Notes under the pieces: generated by a model
The model's database searches: none
What the model was told of the DNA's origin: nothing
What the model saw: only the letters and a program-made list of their open reading frames with translations
Translations under genes and position numbers: made by a program
Source: Parcubacteria group bacterium 21-54-25
GTDB taxonomy: Bacteria > Patescibacteriota > Minisyncoccia > Phycocordibacterales > Phycocordibacteraceae
Reading direction: 5' to 3'
NCBI GenBank assembly: GCA_002255585.1
Contig: NCBJ01000001.1
Coordinates: 49,987-113,986, forward strand
Length of the DNA stretch: 64,000 bases
Shown: positions 27,550 through 36,884 of the stretch, piece by piece
How the letters are laid out: each line of letters opens with the position of its first letter
Position numbering within the stretch: position 1 is the stretch's first letter

Positions 27550-27926
27550 CGAGCACCTGAATCACGCGATTCGGTTGTTCGACCCGTTTGAACCCCGAGG
27601 AAACTGTTATATAGAATCTGCACAAGATCTCATTGCGTATGCGATGAGTAACTTGAGCAGGTTTGCATGTGTGTGGAGACGCACAAAAAAAGACATACTC
27701 ACGGCGGCGCATTGCAGGAATGCAGTGCGAGCAAATCGACTGATATCGGTGAAATCCTGAACGTTGTGTACGTGAAGGACAATACCGAGGGAAGTGCGGT
27801 AACGCATGCCCCTAGAGACTGAATGTCGATCACCCTACCCATCGAAAGATGCCGGGTGGTGTTACAGTCCGATCCCTTCAGTAATGGAGGTAACGTTCTG
27901 CGCGAAAGCGAAGGACAAACTAGATG
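27550..27926 (+). mobile_element. Group I intron 3 in 23S rRNA (about 377 nt), inserted in AACCGU|CGUGAGACAGG (around E. coli 2593-2596)
   Basis: The exon junction restores the conserved GAACGUCGUGAGACAGUU. Divergent P7 pairing is AGAGACTGAATG ... GTTACAGTCC. Only an 85-aa ORF without homing-endonuclease motifs lies inside. Confidence 0.55.
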
Positions 27927-28069
27927 CGTGAGACAGGTTGGTCTCCTATCTACTACAGGCGTTGATTCTTGAGGGGGCTCGTCCCTAGTACGAGAGGACC
28001 GGGATGAACTGACCTCTGGTCTACCTGCTGTCGCGCCAGCGGCATCGCAGGGTAGCTATGTCGGGTTTT

Positions 28070-28100
<31 letters not shown>

Positions 28101-28328
28101 TTGCCCCAAGATAAGGAATCGTTATGAGACTCCTGGAAGATGACCAGGTTGATAGGCTTTAGGTGTACGCACAGCAATGTGTTCAGCCGAGAAGTACTAA
28201 TACGTCCAGTCTCTTGCGTGGAAATCTGTATGACACAATACGATTTCTCGTTGTGTGCTTTTAGTACCTATACGTATACAGTGGGTGGTCAGAAACCGCC
28301 GCGCGCTTGTGCGCGCTGACGGAGAAAT

Positions 28329-28457
28329 GCGCCCACAGTGTTGGTGATTAATCGGAGGGGATATACCCGTTCCCATTCCGAATACGGCAGTCAAGCCCTC
28401 TTGAACCGATGGTACTCCGCAAGGGGGAGAGTAGGTAGTCGCCAACACTGTGGGCGC
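28329..28457 (+). rRNA. rrf: 5S rRNA
   Basis: CCCGTTCCCATTCCGAATACGGCAGTCAAGCCCTCTTGAACCGATGGTACTC...GGGAGAGTAGGTAGTCGCCAACAC matches the 5S consensus. Helix I pairs GCCCACAGTGTTGGTG with CGCCAACACTGTGGGC. Confidence 0.8.
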
Positions 28458-28650
28458 ATTTCTGTTTACGCTCACGCCCCAGCATTGCGCAAGGGGGAGA
28501 GTAGGTAAGAAAAACACGCCCAAACCATGGGCGCGTTTTTCTTTCTCCCATCGCTCGCTTCACACACGCAAACTTCACCCAGTTTGCGTGTTCTCGCTCG
28601 CTCGGTAGTAGTCGCCAACACTGTGGGCGCATTTCTTATCTACTCCTACC

Positions 28651-28682
28651 AAAACACCGCTCAAAATGAGCGGTGTTTTGGT
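28651..28682 (+). terminator. Rho-independent terminator at the end of the 23S-5S unit
   Basis: AACACCGCTCAAAATGAGCGGTGTTTTGG. Confidence 0.6.
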
Positions 28683-28693
28683 ATACTAGGCGC

Positions 28694-29485
28694 ATGGCAA
28701 TGAGGGGATTATCGTGGGCAGACCGCCGCCGCGCAATAGTGTTGCTCATACTCGCAGCTATTGGTCTTTCGCTGTTATTTTTCACGTACCATACCGCTTT
28801 CTATCGTGCGCCATCGTGCACCGATGGCATTCAGAATCAAGGGGAGGCGGGTATTGACTGCGGCGGGCCGTGCCAGTATTTATGCAGCACGCACGTGCAA
28901 CCGCCAACCGCGCAATTTGTACGACCGCTGGCAAACGGAGGGAACCGTACTGATATCATCGCGTATATTGATAATCCAAATCCCGCCGCTGCGGCAGCGG
29001 GTGCGACATACTCCGTACAACTGTATGGCACCGACGGGGCGTTGCTTGCACAGAAAAGTGGCACGGTTGATTTGCCGCCCCACAGCACGGTGCCGGTGTT
29101 CATGCCTAATTTCTACAATGGCGCAGGGCAGGCCGCAAACGCTTTCATCACGTTCGATCAGGCGTCACTCAAATGGTTTTTAAGTACGACGTCTCCTCAA
29201 ACGCTTCCCGTGTCAAACATTCAAGTGGCGGCGAGTACGAGTACGCCAAATGTGACGGCTACGATTACGAACCCTACTGCACTGCCGTTCTATAACGTGC
29301 GCGTGGTGGTAGTGGTGCTTGGTGCGTCCAGCTCATCAAACAACGTTATCGCGGCATCACAGACCGTGGTGCCGAGCATTCCTGCGCAGGGGACCGCCCC
29401 GCTCACGTTCACCTGGAGTGTACCGTTTGCAGGTACGCCTGTACGCGAGGAAATATTTCCGATTGTGCCGCTCGCGCATCCGTAA
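28694..29485 (+). CDS. Membrane-anchored hypothetical protein (N-terminal TM, extracytoplasmic beta-rich domain)
   Basis: TM helix AIVLLILAAIGLSLLFF. Cys cluster CTDGIQNQGEAGIDCGGPCQYLC. The stop is 1 nt before the SEDS gene start. Confidence 0.5.
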   Translation: MAMRGLSWADRRRAIVLLILAAIGLSLLFFTYHTAFYRAPSCTDGIQNQGEAGIDCGGPCQYLCSTHVQPPTAQFVRPLANGGNRTDIIAYIDNPNPAAAAAGATYSVQLYGTDGALLAQKSGTVDLPPHSTVPVFMPNFYNGAGQAANAFITFDQASLKWFLSTTSPQTLPVSNIQVAASTSTPNVTATITNPTALPFYNVRVVVVVLGASSSSNNVIAASQTVVPSIPAQGTAPLTFTWSVPFAGTPVREEIFPIVPLAHP

Positions 29486-29486
29486 C

Positions 29487-30632
29487 ATGGCGGTCGCGTC
29501 TTCGTTTACTCCGCGCGCAATTCTTCGCGCTATTGACTGGGCACTCGTTGCGCCAGCGTTGACGATTACGATGCTCGGTCTTCTTACCATGCACACTTTC
29601 GGTGCGGGCGCTTCGTTTGCACCAAAACAAGTGGTGTGGGCTATTATCGCTTTCGCGGGATATTGTTTTTTCGCTGTCGCCGACGTGCGTTTTATCCGAA
29701 GAACGCCGGTTGTGATGACGCTCTATGGGTTCGTCACCGTACTACTACTTTTGCTACTTGTCGCCGCACACCCCATCATGGGCGCAAAGAGTTGGTTTGT
29801 TGTCGGCGGCATATCATTTCAACCAGCAGATCTTGCCAAACTCACCCTCATCGCCTTGTTAGCGAAATATCTCTCTCGTCGGCACATAGAAATTGCCGAC
29901 TGGCGACACGTACTTGCTTCAGGTGCTTACGCGGGCCTGTTTGTGTTGCTCGTGCTCGTGGAACCGGACCTTGGTATGGCGGTTATTTTAGGGTCTATTT
30001 GGCTTGGACTCATGCTTGTTTCAGGTATCTCTAAAAAACATCTCGCCATAATTGGCGCGTTACTGGTTGCTACGGCAATCTTCCTCTGGTTTTTTGGTCT
30101 TAAACCGTACCAGCGCGATCGTATCGTTGCATTCATCAATCCCGCCGCAAACGTGCAGGGCGCTGGTTACAATGCCTACCAAGCGATGATTGCGGTTGGG
30201 TCGGGTGAACTGTTTGGTAAAGGCATTGGGTATGGTACGCAGAGCACCTTGCGGTTTCTTCCTGAGTATCAAACCGACTTCATCTTCGCTGCGTACGCAG
30301 AAGAGTGGGGCTTCGTTGGTATCATACTCTTACTCGCCCTCTACGCACTCCTGCTTTCGCGTCTGTTTATTATTGCCCGCAACGCAGGAACAAACTTCGA
30401 TGCGTTTTTCACACTGGGTGTTGCCATATTGTTCATGGCGCACATTGCGCTACACGCAGGAATTAACGTCGGACTGCTTCCTATTACCGGCACCACGATC
30501 CCGTTTATGAGTTATGGCGGCTCGAATCTCGTGATGGAATTCTCGGCACTCGGTATCGTCACTGCGCTCGCACGGCACGGGCGTTCGGTGCCCCGTGCGG
30601 CGGCGCATCAGGAATACGACGGTGGATCGTAG
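29487..30632 (+). CDS. SEDS-family peptidoglycan glycosyltransferase (FtsW/RodA)
   Basis: Ten predicted TM helices. Conserved motifs QPADLAKLTLIALLAKYL and GLLPITGTTIPFMSYGGSNLV. ORF 29319-30632 with start at MAVASSF. Confidence 0.8.
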   Translation: MAVASSFTPRAILRAIDWALVAPALTITMLGLLTMHTFGAGASFAPKQVVWAIIAFAGYCFFAVADVRFIRRTPVVMTLYGFVTVLLLLLLVAAHPIMGAKSWFVVGGISFQPADLAKLTLIALLAKYLSRRHIEIADWRHVLASGAYAGLFVLLVLVEPDLGMAVILGSIWLGLMLVSGISKKHLAIIGALLVATAIFLWFFGLKPYQRDRIVAFINPAANVQGAGYNAYQAMIAVGSGELFGKGIGYGTQSTLRFLPEYQTDFIFAAYAEEWGFVGIILLLALYALLLSRLFIIARNAGTNFDAFFTLGVAILFMAHIALHAGINVGLLPITGTTIPFMSYGGSNLVMEFSALGIVTALARHGRSVPRAAAHQEYDGGS

Positions 30633-31774
30633 CACGCGAATGTTTCGCGTAGCATTTTCTTACGAGAAAAAGTCCGGGACACACTCCGTTGCAGCTCCTT
30701 GCCGAGCGTCGCGCGGAGGGATGCATCGTGCATGAGGCGGTCAAGTGCGTCAGCAAGAGCGACACTTTGCTGCGGTTCGACTAAAAGACCGCTCCTCTCT
30801 TCTTTGATGATGTCGACAATACCGGGGATACGGCTGCCTACCACAGCCAACCCAGCGCCACCTGCCTCAAGAAGAACAGTCGGGAGGCCTTCTTTTACTG
30901 ACACGAGCGTAAAAATATCAAATGCTTTGAGATACTGTGCCGCGTCTGGCATAAAACCAGTAAGCCGTACCGTGTATTCAAGGTGTCGCGCGCGTATGAG
31001 CACCTCGAGCGCGCGACGTTCGTCACCATCGCCGATTATGTAAAGTGTGAACACACGGCGGCGCTCCACAAGAAGCGCCGCCGCTTCGATAAGTGAGGGA
31101 AGGGCTTTGTTTGGAACGAGTTCAGCAATAGTGCCCACGCACAACCCTTCTTGCGGTAGTGTAAGCGCGCGCCGCGCTTCTTCGCGCGAGCAATATGCTA
31201 CCGGCTCGATGCCGTTGTAGATGAGCGTTACTTTCTTTCCACAAAACGGGAGGCGCTTGCCACGCCGCTCATTGTCCTTGGAAAGGACAATGACGCGATG
31301 CGCAAGACAAAAAGTAATCCACGTTGCACATGCGATAAGCGCACGCGCGAGCGGCGCGCGCGCCTCGTCATACGCCAGCCCGTGCGAGGTGAAAATAATA
31401 CGTGGTATGCGCGCCAGTCGTGCTGCCAGTGTGCCGATACCACCGGCTTTTGAGCTGTTGACGTGCACTACCTGCGGTCGCTCACGGCGGATGATGCCAA
31501 GCAGTTCGATAAATGCTCGCCACTCATGCAGCAGCGATAGGTCACGCATAAACGCAGTAACAACGATAGTGCGGATACCCGCGTTCTTGAGCCGGGTGGC
31601 TAACGCGCCCGGCGCGGCGCCCGCCGCGCCGGTGCCGCCGAGCGCCACGACCACTTCCGCGCCTTCCCGTGCAAGTTCGGTTGCAAGCGTGTGGACATAC
31701 GCTTGTGCGCCACCCCAGTTTGATTTCGTGATTACTAACAGCACCTTAGTATCTTTTCGGATGAGCGGCGTCAT
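30608..31774 (-). CDS. Glycosyltransferase family 1 (GT4-type)
   Basis: N-terminal motif VITKSNWGGAQAYV. C-terminal EX7E region LVSVKEGLPTVLLEAGGAGLAVVGSRIPGIVDIIKEERSGLLV. Confidence 0.75.
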   Translation of the reverse strand: MTPLIRKDTKVLLVITKSNWGGAQAYVHTLATELAREGAEVVVALGGTGAAGAAPGALATRLKNAGIRTIVVTAFMRDLSLLHEWRAFIELLGIIRRERPQVVHVNSSKAGGIGTLAARLARIPRIIFTSHGLAYDEARAPLARALIACATWITFCLAHRVIVLSKDNERRGKRLPFCGKKVTLIYNGIEPVAYCSREEARRALTLPQEGLCVGTIAELVPNKALPSLIEAAALLVERRRVFTLYIIGDGDERRALEVLIRARHLEYTVRLTGFMPDAAQYLKAFDIFTLVSVKEGLPTVLLEAGGAGLAVVGSRIPGIVDIIKEERSGLLVEPQQSVALADALDRLMHDASLRATLGKELQRSVSRTFSRKKMLRETFACYDPPSYS

Positions 31775-31825
31775 AATATGAGTAACTGTACAGCAGATTG
31801 GAAAGGTATACTATCGATATACAAC

Positions 31826-33160
31826 ATGGCATTTTCCCGCCGCGAAACAGCATTATTACTCATCGGAGATTTTTTACTCCTCGCGGTTTCTTTGTGGGTA
31901 GCTCTTGGGTTACGTAACTTCGCATTCCCGGCACCCAGTTACTTTTTGGAGAACCTCACTCCATTTATTCCCGTTTTCCTCTTTTCTCTCGTAGTGTTTT
32001 ATATTGCCGGTTTGTATGAGAAGCCGACGCGGCCAGCACGACGTGCGATGGGGGAGCGCATCATTGGTGCACAAGTTGCCAACACACTACTCGCCGCCGT
32101 ATTCTTCTTCGTCCTACCGCTTTCTATCGCACCAAAGACAATCCTTGTCATCTATCTAATTATCTCGGTGGCAGCCATCACACTGTGGCGCTTCTACTCT
32201 ATGTCGCATGTGGCGCCACGCGAACGGCTTGCGGCGGTGCTTGTCGGACACGGCGCGGCCGTTGATGAGGTCGCGGAAGAACTCACTCATAACGATCGCT
32301 CTGTGGTGCGTCTTGTCGCGCGCATTGACATTGCGGCGGAGACGTCCGAGCCGCTCTCGGCGCGAGTTAAGTTAGCGGTAAGCAAGGGAGCGCAGGTAGT
32401 CATTCTTGATGCGCGCAACGCATTTGTTGCGCGCGACCTACCCGCGCTGTACGGGCTCATGCTTCACGGGATTATCTTCGTAGACTTTTCCGCGTTCTAC
32501 GAGGAGGCGTTTGAACGCGTGCCGCTTGGGCAGATAGATTACGCGTGGCTGCTCGACTGCTTGCCGCGTGAGCACTTCATTTACGATATCGTCAAACGCG
32601 CGCTTGACTTGGGTTTTGCGACAATTGGCATCCTCATGGGAATGGTTGTCGTGGTCCCGTCCGTACTGGTCTTGCTCGCTACGGGCGGGCGGCCGTTCAT
32701 TTTTCATGAACGTATTGGTCGTGGCGGTGCGCTTTTCCGTATCATAAAATTGCGTACGATGCTTTTTAACGATCACGGGGACCCCGAGCTTCAAAAACAA
32801 AATCGGGTTACTCGGTTTGGGAGGTTGCTGCGAAAAACGCGCATCGATGAGCTGCCGCAGCTGGTGAATGTGCTTGCGGGAACGCTCTCTTTTATTGGTC
32901 CACGCCCGGAACTACCGCAGATTGCGCGCGTGTATGAGCAGCAGGTACCGTACTATCACGTACGCCACCTCATCACCCCCGGCCTTTCTGGATGGGCGCA
33001 GATTCGCGACTACGATGCGCCGCGCGGCGGTGCCGATATTGAACGCACGCGCCGCAAGATTTCGTACGATCTGTACTATCTCAAGCACCGCTCGCTCACG
33101 CTTGATTTGGCGATTACATTGCAAACACTGCGCGCGCTTGCGACGTTCACGGGCACGTAA
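31826..33160 (+). CDS. Polyprenyl-phosphate sugar phosphotransferase (WbaP/CpsE-like bacterial sugar transferase)
   Basis: Four N-terminal TM helices and a central domain. C-terminal catalytic domain ERIGRGGALFRIIKLRTM...RIDELPQLVNVLAGTLSFIGPRPELP. Confidence 0.8.
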   Translation: MAFSRRETALLLIGDFLLLAVSLWVALGLRNFAFPAPSYFLENLTPFIPVFLFSLVVFYIAGLYEKPTRPARRAMGERIIGAQVANTLLAAVFFFVLPLSIAPKTILVIYLIISVAAITLWRFYSMSHVAPRERLAAVLVGHGAAVDEVAEELTHNDRSVVRLVARIDIAAETSEPLSARVKLAVSKGAQVVILDARNAFVARDLPALYGLMLHGIIFVDFSAFYEEAFERVPLGQIDYAWLLDCLPREHFIYDIVKRALDLGFATIGILMGMVVVVPSVLVLLATGGRPFIFHERIGRGGALFRIIKLRTMLFNDHGDPELQKQNRVTRFGRLLRKTRIDELPQLVNVLAGTLSFIGPRPELPQIARVYEQQVPYYHVRHLITPGLSGWAQIRDYDAPRGGADIERTRRKISYDLYYLKHRSLTLDLAITLQTLRALATFTGT

Positions 33161-33166
33161 GCGATA

Positions 33167-34006
33167 ATGGCGAGTATGATGTCTACGCAACGCATATCAG
33201 GAACACACATCGCCGCACACCGTATCGCTGCGTTGCGAGAGGATATTCAGACGCTTCCGCGCGCACCGCATTTGCGTGTGGTTTGCGTGGGGGTGCAGCC
33301 GGCCATTGCGTCGTACATACGTATAAAAGAACGGCGCGCGAAAGAGGCGGGCATTGCATTTTCTCTCACGCAGCTTCCCGAAGAAAGCACGGCGCACGCA
33401 CTTGTTGCAGCGCTCTCTGCCGACGCCTCAGACGCGCTCGTGGTGCAGCTACCGTTGCCACCACACATTGATACCGACGCGGTGTTAGAGATGCTACCAA
33501 CGGGCAAGGATGCAGACATACTCTCGCCGCAGGCCTATGCGCAGTTTGCTGCTGGCGCGCCAGGCGCACTCTTGCCGCCGGTGGTATATGCCGTGCAGTG
33601 CGTGCTCGCTGAGGCGCGCGTATCCGTTGCTGGACGTGCTGCATTGGTAGTCGGGAACGGTCGTCTTGTCGGCAAGCCGGTTGCAAAGTGGCTTGCACAA
33701 CAAGGGGCACGAGTAACCGTTGTCACGCGCGATTCCGGAACGCTTGCCGAGGCGCTTGCCGAGGCGGACCTGGTTGTGTCTGGTGCTGGCGTACCGCGCC
33801 TCATTACCCCCGAGCAGGTGCGCCCGGGAGCGGTGCTTATTGATGCTGGTACTTCTGAGCTGGGCGGGGTACTCGTTGGGGATATCGACCCAGCCTGCGA
33901 AGACAAGGCGTCTGTTTTTACGCCCATGCCCGGCGGCATAGGCCCCCTCACCGTCGCAGGGCTTCTTTCGAACGTGGTAGCCATTACCAGTCGGCGATTT
34001 GCATAG
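33167..34006 (+). CDS. folD: Bifunctional methylenetetrahydrofolate dehydrogenase/cyclohydrolase
   Basis: LVVGNGRLVGKPVAKWLAQQGARVTV...VGDIDP...FTPMPGGIGPLTVAGLL matches FolD signature regions. Confidence 0.8.
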   Translation: MASMMSTQRISGTHIAAHRIAALREDIQTLPRAPHLRVVCVGVQPAIASYIRIKERRAKEAGIAFSLTQLPEESTAHALVAALSADASDALVVQLPLPPHIDTDAVLEMLPTGKDADILSPQAYAQFAAGAPGALLPPVVYAVQCVLAEARVSVAGRAALVVGNGRLVGKPVAKWLAQQGARVTVVTRDSGTLAEALAEADLVVSGAGVPRLITPEQVRPGAVLIDAGTSELGGVLVGDIDPACEDKASVFTPMPGGIGPLTVAGLLSNVVAITSRRFA

Positions 34007-34034
34007 CGGTGCACCTTTGCCTATACTAGCGAGC

Positions 34035-35366
34035 ATGAAACGCTATCGGATGGCGGCGGTGATGATTGTACTGGCAGCACTTGCGCTAGGTTGGTTTGTG
34101 TGGTCTACCAGCAACCCAGATTCCACCTACGCATTTAAGCTAGGGCTTGATCTTGCTGGCGGCACGGAACTCGTCTACAAAGCAGACATGAGCGAGACGC
34201 CGCCAGCAGAGCGCGCGGGCGCGCTTGCAGCACTCCAGGGCGTTATTGAACGACGAGTGAATCTTTTTGGTGTGGCAGAGCCCCTAGTGCAGACTGAACA
34301 TTCGAGTCCGCTCGCTCCGACACAAGAGTATCGCCTCATCGTAGATTTGCCCGGTGTTACAAATATCCAGGCCGCCGTGGCTGCGCTTGGAAAGACGCCG
34401 ACACTCGATTTTCGTCTCGCGACGACGACGACCGTTGGTACCACGACTCAAACAGCATTTCTGCCCACTGGGATTACCGGCCGTTACCTGTCCGGCGCGT
34501 CGCTGCAGTTCGGTGCCACACAAGCAAATGCACTCGGTGAGCCGCAGGTGCTAATTCACTTTGACAGCGCCGGCGCGAAGCTTTTCGAACAAGTCACCAG
34601 TCAGCACATCGGCCAGATGCTCGCCATTTTTCTTGATGGGCAACCCATTTCAACACCTATTATTCAGCAGGCGATTCCGGGCGGTACCGCAGTCATTTCT
34701 GGTCACTTTACCGCTGCTCAAGCGCGCGATTTGGCACAAAACCTCAATTTCGGCGCGCTGCCGGTGCCGATCTCTCTTGAGAGCAGCAGCTCGGTGGGGC
34801 CAACGTTGGGCGCTGCGGCTATTCACGACGGTTTGAACGCCGGTTTGGTCGGCTTCGCGTTTGTCGTGCTATTCATGCTTTTGTGGTATCGCTTGCCAGG
34901 GCTCATTGCCGACGTCGCGTTATCAGGCTACCTCGCGCTGGTGCTTTCCATCATGAAAATTATCCCTATTACGCTCACCGTGTCTGGCATTGCAGGACTC
35001 ATCCTTTCGGTCGGTATGGCGGTTGATGCGAACGTACTCATTTTCGAACGTATCAAGGAAGAGTTGCGCGCGGGAAAAGGTGCTCGTGAAGCAACGCACA
35101 TCGGCTTCGCGCGTGCATGGCCGGCAATTCGCGACGGGCACGTGACCATGCTCATCTCATCGGTCGTGCTCTTCTGGCTCGGTACCTCGATTGTGCAGGG
35201 CTTTGCGTTTACGTTTGCGCTTGGCGTACTTGCGTCACTGATTTCTGCGGTGTTTGTGTCGCGCGTGCTTTTGCTCGCAATACTTCCCGAAGGGAATGCG
35301 GGCGCATGGCGTTTCCTTACCAGTTGCGGTTTCCGTTCGCGGGTTCCGTTGTCAGAAAAAAATTGA
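34035..35366 (+). CDS. secD: Protein translocase subunit SecD
   Basis: KLGLDLAGGTELVYKA signature, periplasmic domain and a six-TM C-terminal domain. Immediately upstream of secF. Confidence 0.85.
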   Translation: MKRYRMAAVMIVLAALALGWFVWSTSNPDSTYAFKLGLDLAGGTELVYKADMSETPPAERAGALAALQGVIERRVNLFGVAEPLVQTEHSSPLAPTQEYRLIVDLPGVTNIQAAVAALGKTPTLDFRLATTTTVGTTTQTAFLPTGITGRYLSGASLQFGATQANALGEPQVLIHFDSAGAKLFEQVTSQHIGQMLAIFLDGQPISTPIIQQAIPGGTAVISGHFTAAQARDLAQNLNFGALPVPISLESSSSVGPTLGAAAIHDGLNAGLVGFAFVVLFMLLWYRLPGLIADVALSGYLALVLSIMKIIPITLTVSGIAGLILSVGMAVDANVLIFERIKEELRAGKGAREATHIGFARAWPAIRDGHVTMLISSVVLFWLGTSIVQGFAFTFALGVLASLISAVFVSRVLLLAILPEGNAGAWRFLTSCGFRSRVPLSEKN

Positions 35367-35369
35367 ACT

Positions 35370-36281
35370 ATGTTTATCGTCAACCATCGTGCTCTCTTTT
35401 TTTCCATAACCGGCCTAATTGTCGCCGTAGCGATTAGCGCGATCGCGTGGTTCGGCCTGCCGCTTGGCATCGATTTTACCGGCGGTTCGCTCGTTGAAGT
35501 CTCTTACGCTGGGCCGCGACCTGATATAAACACACTCCAAAAGCGCGTATCGGCAATTCCGCTCGGTGAGATTTCATTACAGGACTCTGGTGCGCACGAC
35601 GTAATCGTACGCACCCGCACGCTCACTCCCCAAGAGCATACGGCGGTGCTTGCTGCGCTTTCTTCAGCAAACGCAACATCGACAGAGCTCTCATTCACTT
35701 CTGTCGGACCGACGCTTGGTTCGGAACTCGCGCGCAAGGCGCTGGTCGCGCTTGCCGTCGTTGTACTTACTATTGTGTTCTATATTGCGTGGGCGTTTCG
35801 GCGCGTATCGCGCCCCGTCTCGTCATGGGTGTACGGCACGATTGTCGTCGTCATTTTGTTCCATGACATCCTCATCCCCGCTGGTTTTTATGCCATCCTT
35901 GCACACTTCACCGGTGCGCGCGTCGACTCTTTGTTTGCGGTCGCACTGCTCACGATACTCGGCTACTCGGTCAACGACACCATTGTGATTTTTGATCGCG
36001 TACGTGAGCACTTGGCGCGCGATGAGCGCACCGCTACACACGAGGAATTTGCAGCACTCGTAGGACAATCTATCAACGAAACCATGGGACGATCTATTAA
36101 CACATCCCTCACCGTGATGCTGGTGCTCCTTGCGCTTGTGGTGCTTGGAAGTCCGGTTACGTTTAACTTTGCGCTCGTGCTTTTGGTTGGGGTCATCGCC
36201 GGTACCTACTCGTCCATACTCTTGGCCGCGCCGCTTCTGGTGCCGGTGGCGCGTTATTTTACAGAGAGGCGAAAGAAATAA
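35370..36281 (+). CDS. secF: Protein translocase subunit SecF
   Basis: GIDFTGGSLVEVSYAG signature and a six-TM domain with the VNDTIVIFDRVRE motif. Confidence 0.85.
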   Translation: MFIVNHRALFFSITGLIVAVAISAIAWFGLPLGIDFTGGSLVEVSYAGPRPDINTLQKRVSAIPLGEISLQDSGAHDVIVRTRTLTPQEHTAVLAALSSANATSTELSFTSVGPTLGSELARKALVALAVVVLTIVFYIAWAFRRVSRPVSSWVYGTIVVVILFHDILIPAGFYAILAHFTGARVDSLFAVALLTILGYSVNDTIVIFDRVREHLARDERTATHEEFAALVGQSINETMGRSINTSLTVMLVLLALVVLGSPVTFNFALVLLVGVIAGTYSSILLAAPLLVPVARYFTERRKK

Positions 36282-36290
36282 CGACGTATC

Positions 36291-36848
36291 ATGGTGTTGG
36301 GTATTACCGGAACAATCGGGGCGGGGAAGGGGGCCGTGGTCGCATATCTCACTGCCACAAACGGATTTACCCACTTTTCCGCGCGCTCATTTTTAGAGCG
36401 GCGACTACAGGAGCGCGCGCTGTCTCCAACGCGTGACAACATGAAGCGCGTTGCCGATGAGTTGCGTGCCAACCACTCGCCCGCGTATCTCATCGAACAG
36501 TTGTTTGCTGAAGCGGCCGCGCTTGGAAGCAACGCAGTGATTGAATCCGTACGCACGCTTGGTGAAGCGTCTTTCCTACAGCAGCGGGGCGTACCACTTC
36601 TTGCGATTGATGCAGATCGCCGCGTGCGCTATCGACGCATTGTGGGTCGCGGATTGTCCACTGACCACGTTTCATTTGCGGAGTTTTGTCGGCAAGAAGA
36701 CGCAGAGCTTTCAAATACTGACCCGAACCAACAAAACCTTACGGGCGTCATGGCACGCGCGGACTGCCATATCGAAAATGACGGATCACGGGACGATTTG
36801 CGTACGCAGGTCGACGCGTGCCTGGCACCCTATCTACATCGGGAGTAG
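36291..36848 (+). CDS. P-loop nucleotide/nucleoside kinase-like protein (dephospho-CoA kinase / dNMP kinase-like)
   Basis: Walker A LGITGTIGAGKGAV at the N-terminus. Small size (185 aa). The specific family is not resolved. Confidence 0.5.
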   Translation: MVLGITGTIGAGKGAVVAYLTATNGFTHFSARSFLERRLQERALSPTRDNMKRVADELRANHSPAYLIEQLFAEAAALGSNAVIESVRTLGEASFLQQRGVPLLAIDADRRVRYRRIVGRGLSTDHVSFAEFCRQEDAELSNTDPNQQNLTGVMARADCHIENDGSRDDLRTQVDACLAPYLHRE

Positions 36849-36884
36849 TGGGCAGTAGTGGGCAGTAGTGTTTAATTTTCCACA

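Noticed and set aside
27503-27760. 85-aa ORF inside 23S intron 3 as a candidate homing endonuclease
   Set aside because: It has no LAGLIDADG, GIY-YIG, HNH or His-Cys box motifs. It is too short and extends across structured intron core elements.
33494-34036. Minus-strand ORFs overlapping folD/secD (180 aa, 159 aa)
   Set aside because: They are antisense to two well-supported genes and are spurious.
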